DNA of 59,041 bases, from NCBI GenBank assembly GCA_038251755.1, contig JBBSAZ010000001.1, forward strand, positions 1 through 59,041, given 5' to 3'. Origin of the DNA: Caulobacterales bacterium (GTDB lineage: Bacteria; Pseudomonadota; Alphaproteobacteria; Caulobacterales; Hyphomonadaceae). Under the pieces are notes generated by a model. That model was given only the letters and a program-made list of their open reading frames with translations. It did not search any database and was not told where the DNA came from. Made by a program: the position numbers and the translations under genes. This document shows positions 38,706 through 50,794 of the stretch, in pieces (within the stretch, counting starts at the first letter, position 1; every line of letters starts with the position of its first letter).

Positions 38706-39712
38706 TTCGTTGTCTCGGGAATAGTCTCGAGGGCGACGTCCTGCACACCGTAAACGCGGGTGCTGAGGAAGGCGCGCAGGTCGCCTGCGGACAGTTCGGC
38801 AATCTCTTCCTGCGGCAAGTGTCCGACCCCGGGATACAGCATCAGCTGTGCGCCGGGGATCGCGGCGGCGAATTGTTCGCCGTGCTGGTACGGGATCAGG
38901 TTGTCGCGCTCGCCGTGCATGACCAGCGTCGGCGCCGTGATGCCCGCCAGCAGTTCGGCGGTCGCCTCGCGCCGGGTCTCGCCCTGGCCGGAGACGAGTT
39001 CGAGCAAGGCTTCGCGGTGACAGGGCGCCCGCGCAAGGCTGGCATAGCGCTCCACCATCTCGTCGGTGACGAAACCCGGATCGCCGAAACTGTCTTCCAG
39101 CCCGCCGCGGATCAGCGAGGAGAGATCGAGATCCTTCATCACCCGGCGCGCCAGGTCGACTTCAAGGAGGCGGAAGACCAGCGGGCGTTCTTCGCTTTCC
39201 ACGCCGGTGCGCGGCCAGCCGGCTGCGTCCACCAGCACCAGCCCGTCGAGCCGCTGGGGGAAGGCGAGCGCATAGTTCCAGGCCGCCGCACCGCCCATCG
39301 AGTTTCCGGCGAGCGTGAACTTTTCGATTTCGAGCGTATTGGCCACGCGGTTGATCGTCTCGACAAATTGCGCCGGGCCGATTTCCGCATTGTCGATGCA
39401 ACGCGAGAGGCCGTGGCCAGGAAGGTCGATACTGATCACGCGGTAATCGCGTTTGAGATTGTCGACCCATGGCTCCCAGGTGTGCAGCGAGGCGGAGAAG
39501 CCGTGCACGAGAATGATCACCTTGGCGTCGCGCGGGCCGACATCCCGGAAGTGAACGCGCATGTCGTCACCGAAAGCGAGATAGCGGCTATCGGTATTGG
39601 CATAGATCGTTTCAAGCTGTTCGTAAGGAATGTCATCGCGGCGCAGCGTCATCCAACCGGCGAAGAGGATTACACCCAGGGTTAGGAGGACGGCGAGGAA
39701 GCGTCGGAACAT
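38702..39712 (-). CDS. Alpha/beta hydrolase with N-terminal anchor
   Basis: HGFSAS, DLPGHG, GNSMGG, GHLPQEE. Confidence 0.9.
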   Translation of the reverse strand: MFRRFLAVLLTLGVILFAGWMTLRRDDIPYEQLETIYANTDSRYLAFGDDMRVHFRDVGPRDAKVIILVHGFSASLHTWEPWVDNLKRDYRVISIDLPGHGLSRCIDNAEIGPAQFVETINRVANTLEIEKFTLAGNSMGGAAAWNYALAFPQRLDGLVLVDAAGWPRTGVESEERPLVFRLLEVDLARRVMKDLDLSSLIRGGLEDSFGDPGFVTDEMVERYASLARAPCHREALLELVSGQGETRREATAELLAGITAPTLVMHGERDNLIPYQHGEQFAAAIPGAQLMLYPGVGHLPQEEIAELSAGDLRAFLSTRVYGVQDVALETIPETTN

Positions 39713-39785
39713 GGCAGCGCGAACTTTCAAACTCGAATCTGGGCGGAGATAACGCCCTCGGATGGCGCGGTGTCAAACTCTCAGT

Positions 39786-40526
39786 TCAGGCATTACATAT
39801 TGGACACTGCAGATCGCGCCGCAGATTGATCGTCCGCATGCGGCCTTCCAGACCGTCGATAAGCAGCAGGCGGCCAACGAGAGGCTCGCCTGCGCCGGTG
39901 ATCAGCTTGATCACTTCCAGCGCCATGGCCGAACCTGTCATGCCTGTCACCGCGCCTACCACGCCCACCTCGTCGCAGGCCTCGGCCGCAGGCGGCGCTT
40001 CCGGCACCCAGCACTGGTAGCACGGCGCGTCCGCCACCACGCCAGAGGCGAACACGCTGACCTGTCCCGCCCAGCCGCTTGCGGCGCCGGAGACGAGCGG
40101 GCGGCGCGTGGCATGCGCGAGGCGGTTCAGCGCAAACCGCGTCGCAAAGTTGTCGGAGGCGTCCACCAGGATGTTGCCTGCGGGCGCGTCACCGTCTGTG
40201 AAGCGCCGGGCGTGCGCAGTGATCGTCAGTGCAGGATCAATTGAGCGCAGGCGCGCCGCGAGGATACCGGCTTTTCGGCTGCCCGTGTCGCTGTCGGCAA
40301 ACTGTATCTGACGCTGCAGGTTTGATCGCTCTACCGTGTCGTCGTCCCACAGCTCGATATGCCCGACGCCTGCCGCTGCAAGATACAGCGCGCAAGGCCC
40401 GCCCAGCGCGCCGGCGCCGATGACGGACACGGACGCTGCGCGCAGTTTCTGCACGCCGGGTCCGCCGATCTCCTTCAGCAGGATGTGGCGCTTGTGGCGC
40501 TCGATATCCTCCGGTGCGAGGCTCAT
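39786..40526 (-). CDS. HesA/MoeB/ThiF adenylyltransferase
   Basis: RHILLKEIGGPG, GAGALG, SNLQRQ, DNFATR, CYQC and CPIC. Confidence 0.92.
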   Translation of the reverse strand: MSLAPEDIERHKRHILLKEIGGPGVQKLRAASVSVIGAGALGGPCALYLAAAGVGHIELWDDDTVERSNLQRQIQFADSDTGSRKAGILAARLRSIDPALTITAHARRFTDGDAPAGNILVDASDNFATRFALNRLAHATRRPLVSGAASGWAGQVSVFASGVVADAPCYQCWVPEAPPAAEACDEVGVVGAVTGMTGSAMALEVIKLITGAGEPLVGRLLLIDGLEGRMRTINLRRDLQCPICNA

Positions 40527-41110
40527 TGCGCGCCTCGCAGCGCCGTCGAGGACAGGGCGTTGCCGGGCGCTCTCAAGTATACCCAAGCGGGTAGGGCGAG
40601 GCCCGGCAGCGTGCCGGCATCGCGCTCGGCAATGCGCGCATCTCCAAATTGCCGCGTGAAGGGCAGCGCGCGCGTGAGGCGCGTGCCCGGCCGGGAGATG
40701 ATGGCGATGGGTATGAGGCCCGCGATGACCTGCCAGTCCTTCCAGAGATGGAAGCTTGCCGCGCTGTCGGCGCCCATCAGCCAGACGAAGTGCGCTTCCG
40801 GTTCCATCTCTTGCAGGGCGCGTAGTGTATCGACGGTGTAAGTGAGCCCAAGCTGTTGCTCGATATCGCTCACGAACATCCCAGGCGCGCCGGCCACCGA
40901 GCGTGCGGACGCCAGGCGTGTCTCGAATGATCCGTGTTCGGACTTCAGCGGATTGCCGCGCGCCACAATCCACCAGACAGCATCGAGGCGCAGGCGCTTC
41001 AGGGCAATGGCCGCGACATGCAGGTGGCCGTCATGCGCGGGATTGAAACTGCCGCCGAGAAGGCCGATGCGGCGGCCGGCTGCCGGACCGGGCAGGTGCG
41101 CGCGTTTCAA
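40523..41110 (-). CDS. nadD: Nicotinate-nucleotide adenylyltransferase
   Basis: GGSFNPAHDGH, YTVDTL, WLMGAD, LSSTALR; follows proA. Confidence 0.95.
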   Translation of the reverse strand: MKRAHLPGPAAGRRIGLLGGSFNPAHDGHLHVAAIALKRLRLDAVWWIVARGNPLKSEHGSFETRLASARSVAGAPGMFVSDIEQQLGLTYTVDTLRALQEMEPEAHFVWLMGADSAASFHLWKDWQVIAGLIPIAIISRPGTRLTRALPFTRQFGDARIAERDAGTLPGLALPAWVYLRAPGNALSSTALRGAQ

Positions 41111-42393
41111 GGGCGAACCTGTCCGGTGCCGCGCACGGCATACTTGTAGGTTGTCAGCTGCTCGGCGCCGACGGGACCGCGCGCATGGATGCGGCCGGTG
41201 GCGATGCCGATCTCGGCCCCGAAGCCGAACTCGCCGCCATCGGCAAACTGGGTCGAGGCATTGTGCAGCACGATGGCGCTGTCCACACGGGCGAGGAAGG
41301 CCTCGGCGTTGGCCGTATCCTCGGTGATGATCGCGTCGGTGTGGCCGGATGACCAGCGCGCGATATGGGCGAGCGCGCCTTCGAGACCGTCGACCACGGC
41401 GACCGACAGGATCGGCGCGAGGTATTCCGTCGCCCAGTCTTCTTCCGTAGCCGGAGTGATATGCGGCAGCAGCGCGCGGCTGCGGCGGTCGCCGCGCAGT
41501 TCGCAGCCGGCGGCTTCCAGCGCGGCAGCTATCACCGGCAGCAGTGTGGCCGCCACCGCGACATCGATCAGCAATGTCTCGGTCGAACCGCAGACGCCGG
41601 TGCGCCGCATCTTGGCGTTGACGACTATGGCGACCGCTTTGGCGGGATCGGCGGCGCCGTCCACATAGGTATGGCAGAGGCCTTCGAGGTGGCCGATCAC
41701 CGGCACGCGGGCCTCGGCCTGCACGCGCTCGACCAGGCTGCGCCCGCCGCGCGGCACGATCACGTCCAGCGCGCCGCCGAGGCCTGCGAGCATGTGGCCG
41801 ACCGCATCGCGGCTCGTCGTCTCGACGAGCTGGATCGCATCGGCGGGCAGACCTTCCTGCGCGAGCGCGGCGCGCATGGCGCCGGCGAGGGCGCGGGAGG
41901 AGTGGATGCTTTCCGAGCCGCCGCGCAAGATGGCGGCATTGCCGGAGCGCAGGCAGAGCGCACCCGCATCGGCGGTCACGTTCGGGCGGCTTTCGTAGAT
42001 GATGCCGATCACGCCGAGCGGCACGGCGACGCGCGCAATGTCGAGACCATTGGGGCGCGTCCAGCGGGCGAGCTCGCGGCCCACCGGATCGGGCAGGGCG
42101 GCGACGGTTTCAACGCCGGTGGCCATCGCTTCGATGCGGCCTGCGTCCAGTGCGAGCCGGTCGAGCATCGAGGGGGACAGGCCCTTGGTTGTGGCGGCGG
42201 CCATATCCTCGGCGTTTGCTTTAAGGATCTCCGGCGCGGCAACGCGGAGGGCGGCCGCGATGGCAGTGAGGCCGCGTGTCCGGTCCGCCGCGGTCATCAG
42301 GCCGAGCGCGCGAGAGGCCGCCCGGGCGCGCGCGCCCATGGCGTGCATCTGCTCGGCGAGGACAGCGTCGGGGGGCGGGGCGGCAAGGGTCAT
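41107..42393 (-). CDS. proA: Gamma-glutamyl phosphate reductase
   Basis: IIYESRPNVT, GVCGSTET, NASTQFADGGEFGFGAEIGI. Confidence 0.97.
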   Translation of the reverse strand: MTLAAPPPDAVLAEQMHAMGARARAASRALGLMTAADRTRGLTAIAAALRVAAPEILKANAEDMAAATTKGLSPSMLDRLALDAGRIEAMATGVETVAALPDPVGRELARWTRPNGLDIARVAVPLGVIGIIYESRPNVTADAGALCLRSGNAAILRGGSESIHSSRALAGAMRAALAQEGLPADAIQLVETTSRDAVGHMLAGLGGALDVIVPRGGRSLVERVQAEARVPVIGHLEGLCHTYVDGAADPAKAVAIVVNAKMRRTGVCGSTETLLIDVAVAATLLPVIAAALEAAGCELRGDRRSRALLPHITPATEEDWATEYLAPILSVAVVDGLEGALAHIARWSSGHTDAIITEDTANAEAFLARVDSAIVLHNASTQFADGGEFGFGAEIGIATGRIHARGPVGAEQLTTYKYAVRGTGQVRP

Positions 42394-42440
42394 GACAGGC
42401 AGGGATGTGCCGCAAATGGGCGCCTGCCGCAAGGTTTGGC

Positions 42441-43391
42441 TCAGGGCAGCTGGTTCAGGAATTCGAACGCCGCCCCCGCGACCGGCTTCATGCGGTCGTC
42501 ATTGCTGGCGACGGCGTTGATGTAGACGGACTGGGTGAAGGCCTTGAGGTTATGCAACTTCGTGAGCGCGGCTTCGGATTTGAACGGGTTCTCGCGCAAG
42601 GGATCTTCCGGTGGCCAGAGGCTGAGCAACCAGGCGCTCCATTCCTCTGCGGTGAAGGTCTCCTTGAAGGCGAGGTAGGTGACCGGCGCGGCGAGGCGTT
42701 CGCTTTCGCCAAACACATAGGCATGGTCAGGCGTGCCGACCTTGAGGGCGATGGCCGCCAGGATCGCCCCGGCCTGCGGCTTGGTCAGTTCAGGATTGAG
42801 CGACAGCTGCATCAGCAGGTCCGCCGTATGCGCGACGCCGTGGCGCCAGCCTTCGGTTTCCGAATAGCCGCGATAATCCTTAAGCGAAGAGAGATAAGTG
42901 TGGGCAGCAGAGATCAGATTGCTGCGCTCGGTCTCGCTCATCCAGGGTTCGATCCGGTCGGTGCGGGCAACTTCGGCGAGGGCGAGGGCGGCAAACGGGC
43001 CGCGAAACCCGTTGGGGTCATCGCCCGCGCCCGCGAGGCGCGCGAGCAGGTCTGCCTTCAGGGGGCGGAGGGTTTCGGCGTTCTGTCCGTCGCCCCGCAG
43101 GATGAGGGAGAGAATTTCGAAGGCATATCCGTCGCGCACCGCCGGATCGGGGCTTTCGAGACAGGCCGGCAAAGTGTTCAGGATTTCGCGGCGCCTGACC
43201 GCGTCCAGCGCCATGTAGGCAGCGTCGCGCGCCGCGCTTTCCGCAGACAGGGCAGGGTTGACCGCGCATCGCAACGCAGGCGCAGACGGCGGCGATGAAG
43301 GCTCTTCAATGGCCGGCGCCGCTCGCTCAACAGGCGCCGATGTACAGCCTGCAAGTATCAGCGCGGCGGCGTACATCAGTCCACGGTGCAT
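42441..43391 (-). CDS. DUF2785-like lipoprotein
   Basis: Lipobox LAGC, DPAVRD, DYRGY..EGWRHGVAHTAD, GESERLA. Confidence 0.8.
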   Translation of the reverse strand: MHRGLMYAAALILAGCTSAPVERAAPAIEEPSSPPSAPALRCAVNPALSAESAARDAAYMALDAVRRREILNTLPACLESPDPAVRDGYAFEILSLILRGDGQNAETLRPLKADLLARLAGAGDDPNGFRGPFAALALAEVARTDRIEPWMSETERSNLISAAHTYLSSLKDYRGYSETEGWRHGVAHTADLLMQLSLNPELTKPQAGAILAAIALKVGTPDHAYVFGESERLAAPVTYLAFKETFTAEEWSAWLLSLWPPEDPLRENPFKSEAALTKLHNLKAFTQSVYINAVASNDDRMKPVAGAAFEFLNQLP

Positions 43392-43401
43392 CTCGAGGTC
43401 C

Positions 43402-45096
43402 CTACTGCTCACTCAGCACAATGCGGAAACCGTACTGGCGGTCGCGCGTGGATACGGGAAGGCGCGCCCGGTTGGCCGCGCGGTGAGCGGCCGGGCTGCT
43501 CTTGATCGACCCGCCGCGCACGACGCGCCGGCTGCAATCGCCGGAGGTTACGGCGCCGCCATCCAGGGGCGCGTCGGTATAGCCATTGACGTAGCAGTCC
43601 TCCACCCATTCACCGGCATTGCCCAGCATGCCCTGCAGACCGAACATGTTCTCCGGCAGGCTGGCAGCCTCGCGCAGCTTGTCGCGCGGCGCGTTGGCCG
43701 CGTCGAATTTTGTACCCCACCAGTAGGCGGTGTCGGTTCCTCCGCGTGCGGCATATTCCCATTCTGCTTCAGTCGGCAGGCGGTAGGCCTGGCCCGTTTC
43801 GGCCGACAACCATTTTACATACGCGGATGCATCCCGCCATGAAACGGCGGTGACTGGCATCGCCTCGCTGACCGGCGCGCCGGGCCGATAGCCATTGCAG
43901 CCCCCCGCTTCGATGCAGGCAATCCAGTCCGCATAGGTGATCTCGGTCTTGCTGATCGCGAACGGCTTCAGCGTGACCTCCCGAACCGGGCCTTCTATCG
44001 GTTCGCGGCCGGATTCGGTGACGGGCGAGCCCATCTGGAACGTACCGCCGGGCAGCGCGACCATTGCAGGACACAGATCGCAAACCGGCGCAGGCGGGGC
44101 TTCCGGCTCGGGCGGCACTTCGACAGGCAATCCGGTTTCCGGGACAGGCGTCTGCGCTGCGGCGAGTTCCACTGCTGGAATGACAGGCGCAGAGACCACC
44201 GGTGCGGGCGCGGCTGCAGAGGCATCGGCCATTCCGGCGAGGCGGGGCTCCTCGTCTGCGTTCGGCAGCAATTGGGAGACGGCCCAACCGGCGAGCACGA
44301 TCGCCACAAGTCCGCCGATCATGACGGGTACGGAGGATGCAGGTTTCTTCGCCGGGGCAGACGCGGCGGGTTTGACCGGCGCTGATGGGACGCGCGCCGC
44401 CGCCGGGGCCGGCTTCGGCGGTGGGGGCGCAGCCGCTTTGGGGGGCGGTGCAGGTGCGGGCGGCGGAGGCGCCGGCGCAACCGCCAGCGGTGCGGCAGCG
44501 CGCGCCGCTGCTCGGGCAAGCGCGGCGATCCGATTGCGGGCAAGGTCGGAATAATGACCGTCCGGATAGCGTCTCAGGTAGGCTTCGAAGTCAGCCTTGT
44601 CGTCGCTGTCTTTCACGGAGGACCAGAAAGTCAGCTCCATCGTGTTGTCGGCGGCCTGTCCCTGGGCGGGCGGCGGTGCAGCGGCTGGCGCCGGCTGCGG
44701 CGCAGCGTGCTCGGCAGCGCGGCGAATGTCGAGGACAAATTCCTTCCAGCGCGGATCGCTCCGGTCGCCTTCCCATCCGACCAGATCGGCGGACTGGGTC
44801 AACTCGAACATGATCGGCCGGTCGACATTCTCCATCATCGCCGGAACGAGCACGGACGTGCGCTGGCCGAGCGTCGCCTCTGCGCGCACCCATTTCGATT
44901 TTACCGAAACGGCGGACCACAGCACGATGACAACATCGGCATCGCGCAGCATGCCTTCGGTCACTTCGTCATAGGTTTGCCCGGCGCGAAGGACCTTGTC
45001 CCACCAGACGGAAAAGCCCTCGGCGATCAATGCTTCGGCCACGATCTGCGCCTTTGGCCTGTCTGCCCGGCTGTAGGAAAGGAATATGTCTGCCAT
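43402..45096 (-). CDS. TIR domain + TM + FGE/SUMF1-like domain protein
   Basis: IFLSYSRAD, WSAVSVKSKWVRAEA (TIR); Pro-rich linker; TM; FQMGS, RLPTEAEWEYAARGG, GNAGEW, RGGS, GFR. Confidence 0.9.
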   Translation of the reverse strand: MADIFLSYSRADRPKAQIVAEALIAEGFSVWWDKVLRAGQTYDEVTEGMLRDADVVIVLWSAVSVKSKWVRAEATLGQRTSVLVPAMMENVDRPIMFELTQSADLVGWEGDRSDPRWKEFVLDIRRAAEHAAPQPAPAAAPPPAQGQAADNTMELTFWSSVKDSDDKADFEAYLRRYPDGHYSDLARNRIAALARAAARAAAPLAVAPAPPPPAPAPPPKAAAPPPPKPAPAAARVPSAPVKPAASAPAKKPASSVPVMIGGLVAIVLAGWAVSQLLPNADEEPRLAGMADASAAAPAPVVSAPVIPAVELAAAQTPVPETGLPVEVPPEPEAPPAPVCDLCPAMVALPGGTFQMGSPVTESGREPIEGPVREVTLKPFAISKTEITYADWIACIEAGGCNGYRPGAPVSEAMPVTAVSWRDASAYVKWLSAETGQAYRLPTEAEWEYAARGGTDTAYWWGTKFDAANAPRDKLREAASLPENMFGLQGMLGNAGEWVEDCYVNGYTDAPLDGGAVTSGDCSRRVVRGGSIKSSPAAHRAANRARLPVSTRDRQYGFRIVLSEQ

Positions 45097-45267
45097 CGTC
45101 TTGTCCCCACGCCGCGTTCATGGCTGCTCGCATGCGAGGCGAACGTTTGCACAGAATCGGCCATTGCCAAAGGGGCTGCAGGAAGCCCCCAGCGCCCGGC
45201 CGCCTGAGAGGGGCTGACAGGTTCCGGAAATGCCGTAAGTTCAACCGCAAAGATTGTGGAGGAAGCG

Positions 45268-46836
<1,569 letters not shown>

Positions 46837-46918
46837 GGCCGCGTCGGAAAATTTGCGGCCGGGTGCATCCGGAGCGGCTTGCCGGTGCATCTACGATGCA
46901 GCGATGAGGAGAAGCCGC

Positions 46919-48099
46919 ATGACCAGATCCCCATTTCTAACACTCGGCACTGCCGTGCTTGCGATGCTTGCGGCGGCCTGCGCGACACCGGTCGCGCCTG
47001 AGAGCGAAGCCGGGGCCGCGCCGGCGTTCACGCAGCAGGACGCCAAGGACATTGTCGCCATGCTGGGCGAGATCAACACGCCGAACGGCGTCAACGAGGC
47101 GATTACGGCCCGTATCGGCGGTATCGACCAGGCGTTGACGATCCACGGCAAGGACAAGGCGAACCCCATCCTCATCGTCGTGCACGGCGGGCCGGGCACG
47201 CCGGAAATGGCCATGAGCTGGACCTGCGCGGCTGGGAAGATTATTTCACCGTCGTGCAATGGGACCAGCGCGGCACCGGCAAGACCTACCGCCTGAATGA
47301 TGCAGCGGAAGTCGAAGGCACCTTCTCCATCGACCGCATGCGCGGTGACCTGATCGAAGTCATCGACTTCGTCCGGGCTCGGCTCGGGCAGGAAAAGGTC
47401 ATCCTGCTGGGACACTCCTGGGGTACTGTGATCGGTCTGCAAGCTGCCCTGGAGAGGCCGGACGCGGTTTCGGTCTACATAGCCAGCGGCCAGGTGGTGA
47501 ACATGCACCGCAATGAGCAGGTCGGGTATGAGGGCACGCTTGCGGCCGCGAAGGCGGACGGCAATGCGGAGGCGATAGCCGACCTCGAGGCGCTGGCGCC
47601 TTATCCGGGCCCCGGCCCACTGACGATCGAGCGCATCGGCGCCCAGCGCAACTGGCTGATCCATTATGGTGGAACGGCTGCCTACCGCAGCAACATGGAT
47701 CCCTGGTTCCGCGCCATCAAGCTTGCGCCGGAATATTCCGAGGACGACCGCAAATCGTATGATACGGGCGGTCTCGCCGCGCTGTCGGCGCTGTTGCCGG
47801 AATTGACGGACGTTGATTTCGACGGTGTCACCGAAAGTCCGGTGCCGGTCTTCATGCTGCTCGGCCGCGATGATCTCAACACACCGTCATCGATCGCGGC
47901 AGCGTGGATGGACAAGCTGTCAGCGCCGGTCAAGGCGACCTACTGGTTCGAGCATTCGGCGCACCTGTCCTACATGGAGGAGCCGGGCGCGACGCTCATC
48001 ACGCTGGTAAACTGCATCCGTCCGTATGCTGTCGAACCAGACATAGAAGCGGCACGCGCAAGAGTGCCGGCTTCGTGCAGCGCCGGTGCGCCGGACTAG
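46919..48099 (+). pseudogene. Lipoprotein alpha/beta hydrolase (proline iminopeptidase-like), frameshifted at ~47225
   Basis: Frame A: LAAC lipobox to VHGGPG..MSWT; frame B continues RGWEDYFTVVQWDQRGTGK, GHSWG, SAH. Confidence 0.8.
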
Positions 48100-48114
48100 T
48101 CAGTCCGGCGGCGA

Positions 48115-48384
48115 TCAGTTCGCCAGCTTCATCCAGTCGCGGGCGGCCTGAAGCGCCATCTTGATTTCGGCGGAGCTGAGCATCTCGGCCATGTCCTGGC
48201 GCTGGGCCTTGGCCTCCTCATGGCCGCGCGCGGCAGCGAGGTTGAACCATTTGTGCGCTTCCACGAGATTGATCTCGGTGCCCGTGCCGGTCGCGAAGGC
48301 GAGGCCTGCGCGGTAGAGATCGTCGGGCAGGGAGTGGGCGCCAATCAGCGCGCCGGGCTCCACGGGGATATCTGAATAAGCCAT
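48115..48384 (-). CDS. Small Sel1-repeat protein
   Basis: LYRAGLAFATG..NLVEAHKWFNLAAARG..AEI..ALQAARDW. Confidence 0.85.
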   Translation of the reverse strand: MAYSDIPVEPGALIGAHSLPDDLYRAGLAFATGTGTEINLVEAHKWFNLAAARGHEEAKAQRQDMAEMLSSAEIKMALQAARDWMKLAN

Positions 48385-48587
48385 TGTAGTTCTTCCTTTG
48401 ACACCTGCGCAGCGGGCCGGGATTTTCCCTTTGTCCGGCTGCAAAACCATTCACCTGCCAGACCATCCGGCAACGGATCAAAGGTGACCTGAAGGGATTG
48501 GCGCTTGGTTAATTTGCGGTTTGCCAAGCGGCGGCTGTGTGAAGGATTGGGCGCCCGGTGTTAGGATCTGCGCCGTGAGCGGATCTT

Positions 48588-48992
48588 TCAGTCCATCCCC
48601 GGGTAGCGGCGGAACGCTGGAAGCGTGTGGATGTGCGCCATCCATCCGGGTTGCTCGGCGGTCTGTACCTGCGCGCCGGGCGGAAAGGCGGAGGGGTCAT
48701 CCAGCGTGACCGACTGCACGTCGACCAGGCCGGGCAGGAAGGTCTCGTTCACATAGAACAGGCCGGTGCCGCACTGGCTGCAGAAGCGGCGGAAACTGTC
48801 GCCGGAGGAGTTGATCGTCGCGGGTGTGCCCTTGGTGATCTTGAGGTTGCCGGCCGGCATCACGGCCCAGGCCACCATCGGTGCGCCGGCGCTCAACTGG
48901 CAATCCCGGCAATGGCAGATCGAGACACGGTCCGGCGCGCTGCCCAGTTCATACCGGATTGCACCGCATCGGCAGCCGCCTGTGATGGACAT
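48588..48992 (-). CDS. GFA family protein
   Basis: GGCRCGAIRY, CHCRDCQ, RRFCSQCGT. Confidence 0.92.
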   Translation of the reverse strand: MSITGGCRCGAIRYELGSAPDRVSICHCRDCQLSAGAPMVAWAVMPAGNLKITKGTPATINSSGDSFRRFCSQCGTGLFYVNETFLPGLVDVQSVTLDDPSAFPPGAQVQTAEQPGWMAHIHTLPAFRRYPGMD

Positions 48993-49050
48993 GGACTTCT
49001 CCCAAATTGTTCATGTTTTGTTCAAAATGCCATTGCCCGCAGCGAGAGTC

Positions 49051-49091
49051 AAAATGAAAATCCCCGCAGGCCTGTCGGCTCACGGGGATTT
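49051..49091 (-). terminator. Intrinsic terminator after carD
   Basis: Minus strand AAATCCCCG...CGGGGATTTTCATTTT. Confidence 0.65.
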
Positions 49092-49119
49092 CCTCAATTT
49101 ACTTTAGCCTACCCTGAAA

Positions 49120-49644
49120 TCAGGCGGCGATCTTCTTCTTGGCCAGCGACTTGGCGAGTTTTTCCATCGCCTTGACCTTGTCGATGTTCTCGACGGCGGC
49201 CAGTTCGCGGGCCATCCGGTCCAGCGCGCTCTCATAGAGCTGGCGCTCGGAGTAGGACTGTTCCGGCTGGTCATCGCCGCGGTGCAGGTCGCGCACGACC
49301 TCCGCGATCGAGATCAGGTCGCCCGAATTGATCTTCGCTTCGTATTCCTGGGCGCGGCGCGACCACATGGTGCGCTTGATGCGGGCCTTGCCGCCGAGTG
49401 TTTTCAGGGCGTCATCGACGAGCTTCGAGCCGGCCAGGGCGCGCATGCCCGAGGCTTCGGCGCGGTTGGTCGGCACACGCAGGATCATCTTGTCCTGGTC
49501 GAAGGCAACGACGTAGACTTCGAGCGCCATGCCGGCGACCGTCTGCTTCTCGACAGCCGTGATGCGGCCGACGCCGTGAGCCGGGTAGACAACGCTTTGC
49601 CCGACCTCGAACGCCAAAGTCCGAGTCTCTGCTTTTTTCGCCAT
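49120..49644 (-). CDS. carD: CarD/CdnL transcription factor
   Basis: VVYPAHGVG, MWSRRAQEYEAKINSG, EQSYSERQLYE. Confidence 0.96.
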   Translation of the reverse strand: MAKKAETRTLAFEVGQSVVYPAHGVGRITAVEKQTVAGMALEVYVVAFDQDKMILRVPTNRAEASGMRALAGSKLVDDALKTLGGKARIKRTMWSRRAQEYEAKINSGDLISIAEVVRDLHRGDDQPEQSYSERQLYESALDRMARELAAVENIDKVKAMEKLAKSLAKKKIAA

Positions 49645-49903
49645 TCTGAATTGACCCTTTTTCTACACACACGAAAGCGACGTCTTCCAGGCCCAGTGCC
49701 CTTATTGAGGTACTGAGTTAGGAATTCCCGCTTCTCTTGGATTATTGATCAGGATCAAGTGATAGCACGATTTTGGCGCATTTACAACAGTTCCGCGCAG
49801 GCTGGCGCGAAATGTAAACGTTTTGGAATCAAGCGCCTCGTTAACGTTTGAGGCACCTTGGAAGCTGTAGCGGCCGCACGGCGAATCGCTTCCGAAGGCC
49901 GCC

Positions 49904-50245
49904 TCAGTCGCCCGATCCGGGGTTCGGGCTGAAGTATTTTTCCAGCTTGCCGATCTCCTGTGCGAATTTTTCGCGGTCCTCCGGCGGGGCCTTCAGGCGG
50001 GTGATATTGGGCCAGACTTTCGCATATTCGGTGTTCAGCTTCAGCCACTTGCTGTCCGGATCGTCCTCGGTATCCGGTTTGATCGCCTCCACGGGGCATT
50101 CCGGCTCGCAGACGCCGCAATCGATACACTCGTCCGGGTGGATGACGAGCATGTTCTCGCCTTCGTAGAAACAGTCGACCGGGCATACCTCGACACAGTC
50201 CATGTATTTGCAGCGGATGCAGGCATCGACGACGATATAGGTCAT
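49904..50245 (-). CDS. fdxA: 7Fe ferredoxin
   Basis: [33 protein letters not shown]. Confidence 0.96.
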   Translation of the reverse strand: MTYIVVDACIRCKYMDCVEVCPVDCFYEGENMLVIHPDECIDCGVCEPECPVEAIKPDTEDDPDSKWLKLNTEYAKVWPNITRLKAPPEDREKFAQEIGKLEKYFSPNPGSGD

Positions 50246-50347
50246 GGGCGGGCAAGTCTCGTTGGGAGGGGATCAATCAGGCCAGCCAATTGGCGGCGAG
50301 GGCTCGCCCTGTCAATGTCATGGGCTCAATCGGGCGTTCAGTTTCGC

Positions 50348-50794
50348 TCAAGCGCCGCTCAAAAGGCGCGCTTCGGCCCGCTGGCGGGCCTGCGCCCGGC
50401 TCACATCATCGACATGCAGCAACCCGGCGACATGGCGCACATAGGTCTCCTCGACGTCCGACCGCTCGCCGTCTGCCAGGATCACCCGGTAGATGGCCTC
50501 GACTACCTTGACCCGGTCTGAGAGGGCCAGCTTCTTCGCATGCTTGGTGAACTGGTGGCTGCCGACGGCTTCCTCGGCCAGCGTTTCCGCCTCGGCCAGC
50601 ACGGCGTCAGCCTTGGCGGCGTCAAAGTCGAACGATTCCAGCAGGATCTCGGCGATCATGTCGCTTTCGATGTTGACGTAGACGCCGTCCACCAGCGCCG
50701 CCTCGACCAGCAGGGCGCCGACGGCCACTTCTGCCGGCATCGGCAATTCGGCCGGCGTTTTCGGGGTGAACAGCTTCTTCAGCGACTTCATCAT
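50348..50794 (-). CDS. TerB-family protein
   Basis: ALLVEAALVDG, HQFT, VILADG..EE..VAGLL. Confidence 0.85.
   Translation of the reverse strand: MMKSLKKLFTPKTPAELPMPAEVAVGALLVEAALVDGVYVNIESDMIAEILLESFDFDAAKADAVLAEAETLAEEAVGSHQFTKHAKKLALSDRVKVVEAIYRVILADGERSDVEETYVRHVAGLLHVDDVSRAQARQRAEARLLSGA

Noticed and set aside
43402-43560. FGE/C-type-lectin C-terminus as a possible DGR variable region
   Set aside because: No reverse transcriptase and no template repeat differing at adenines seen in the window
48505-48525. Possible CtrA site (GGTTAA) upstream of the Sel1 gene; also GTTAAC near 49840
   Set aside because: Only half-sites; the second TTAA at 7-nt spacing is missing
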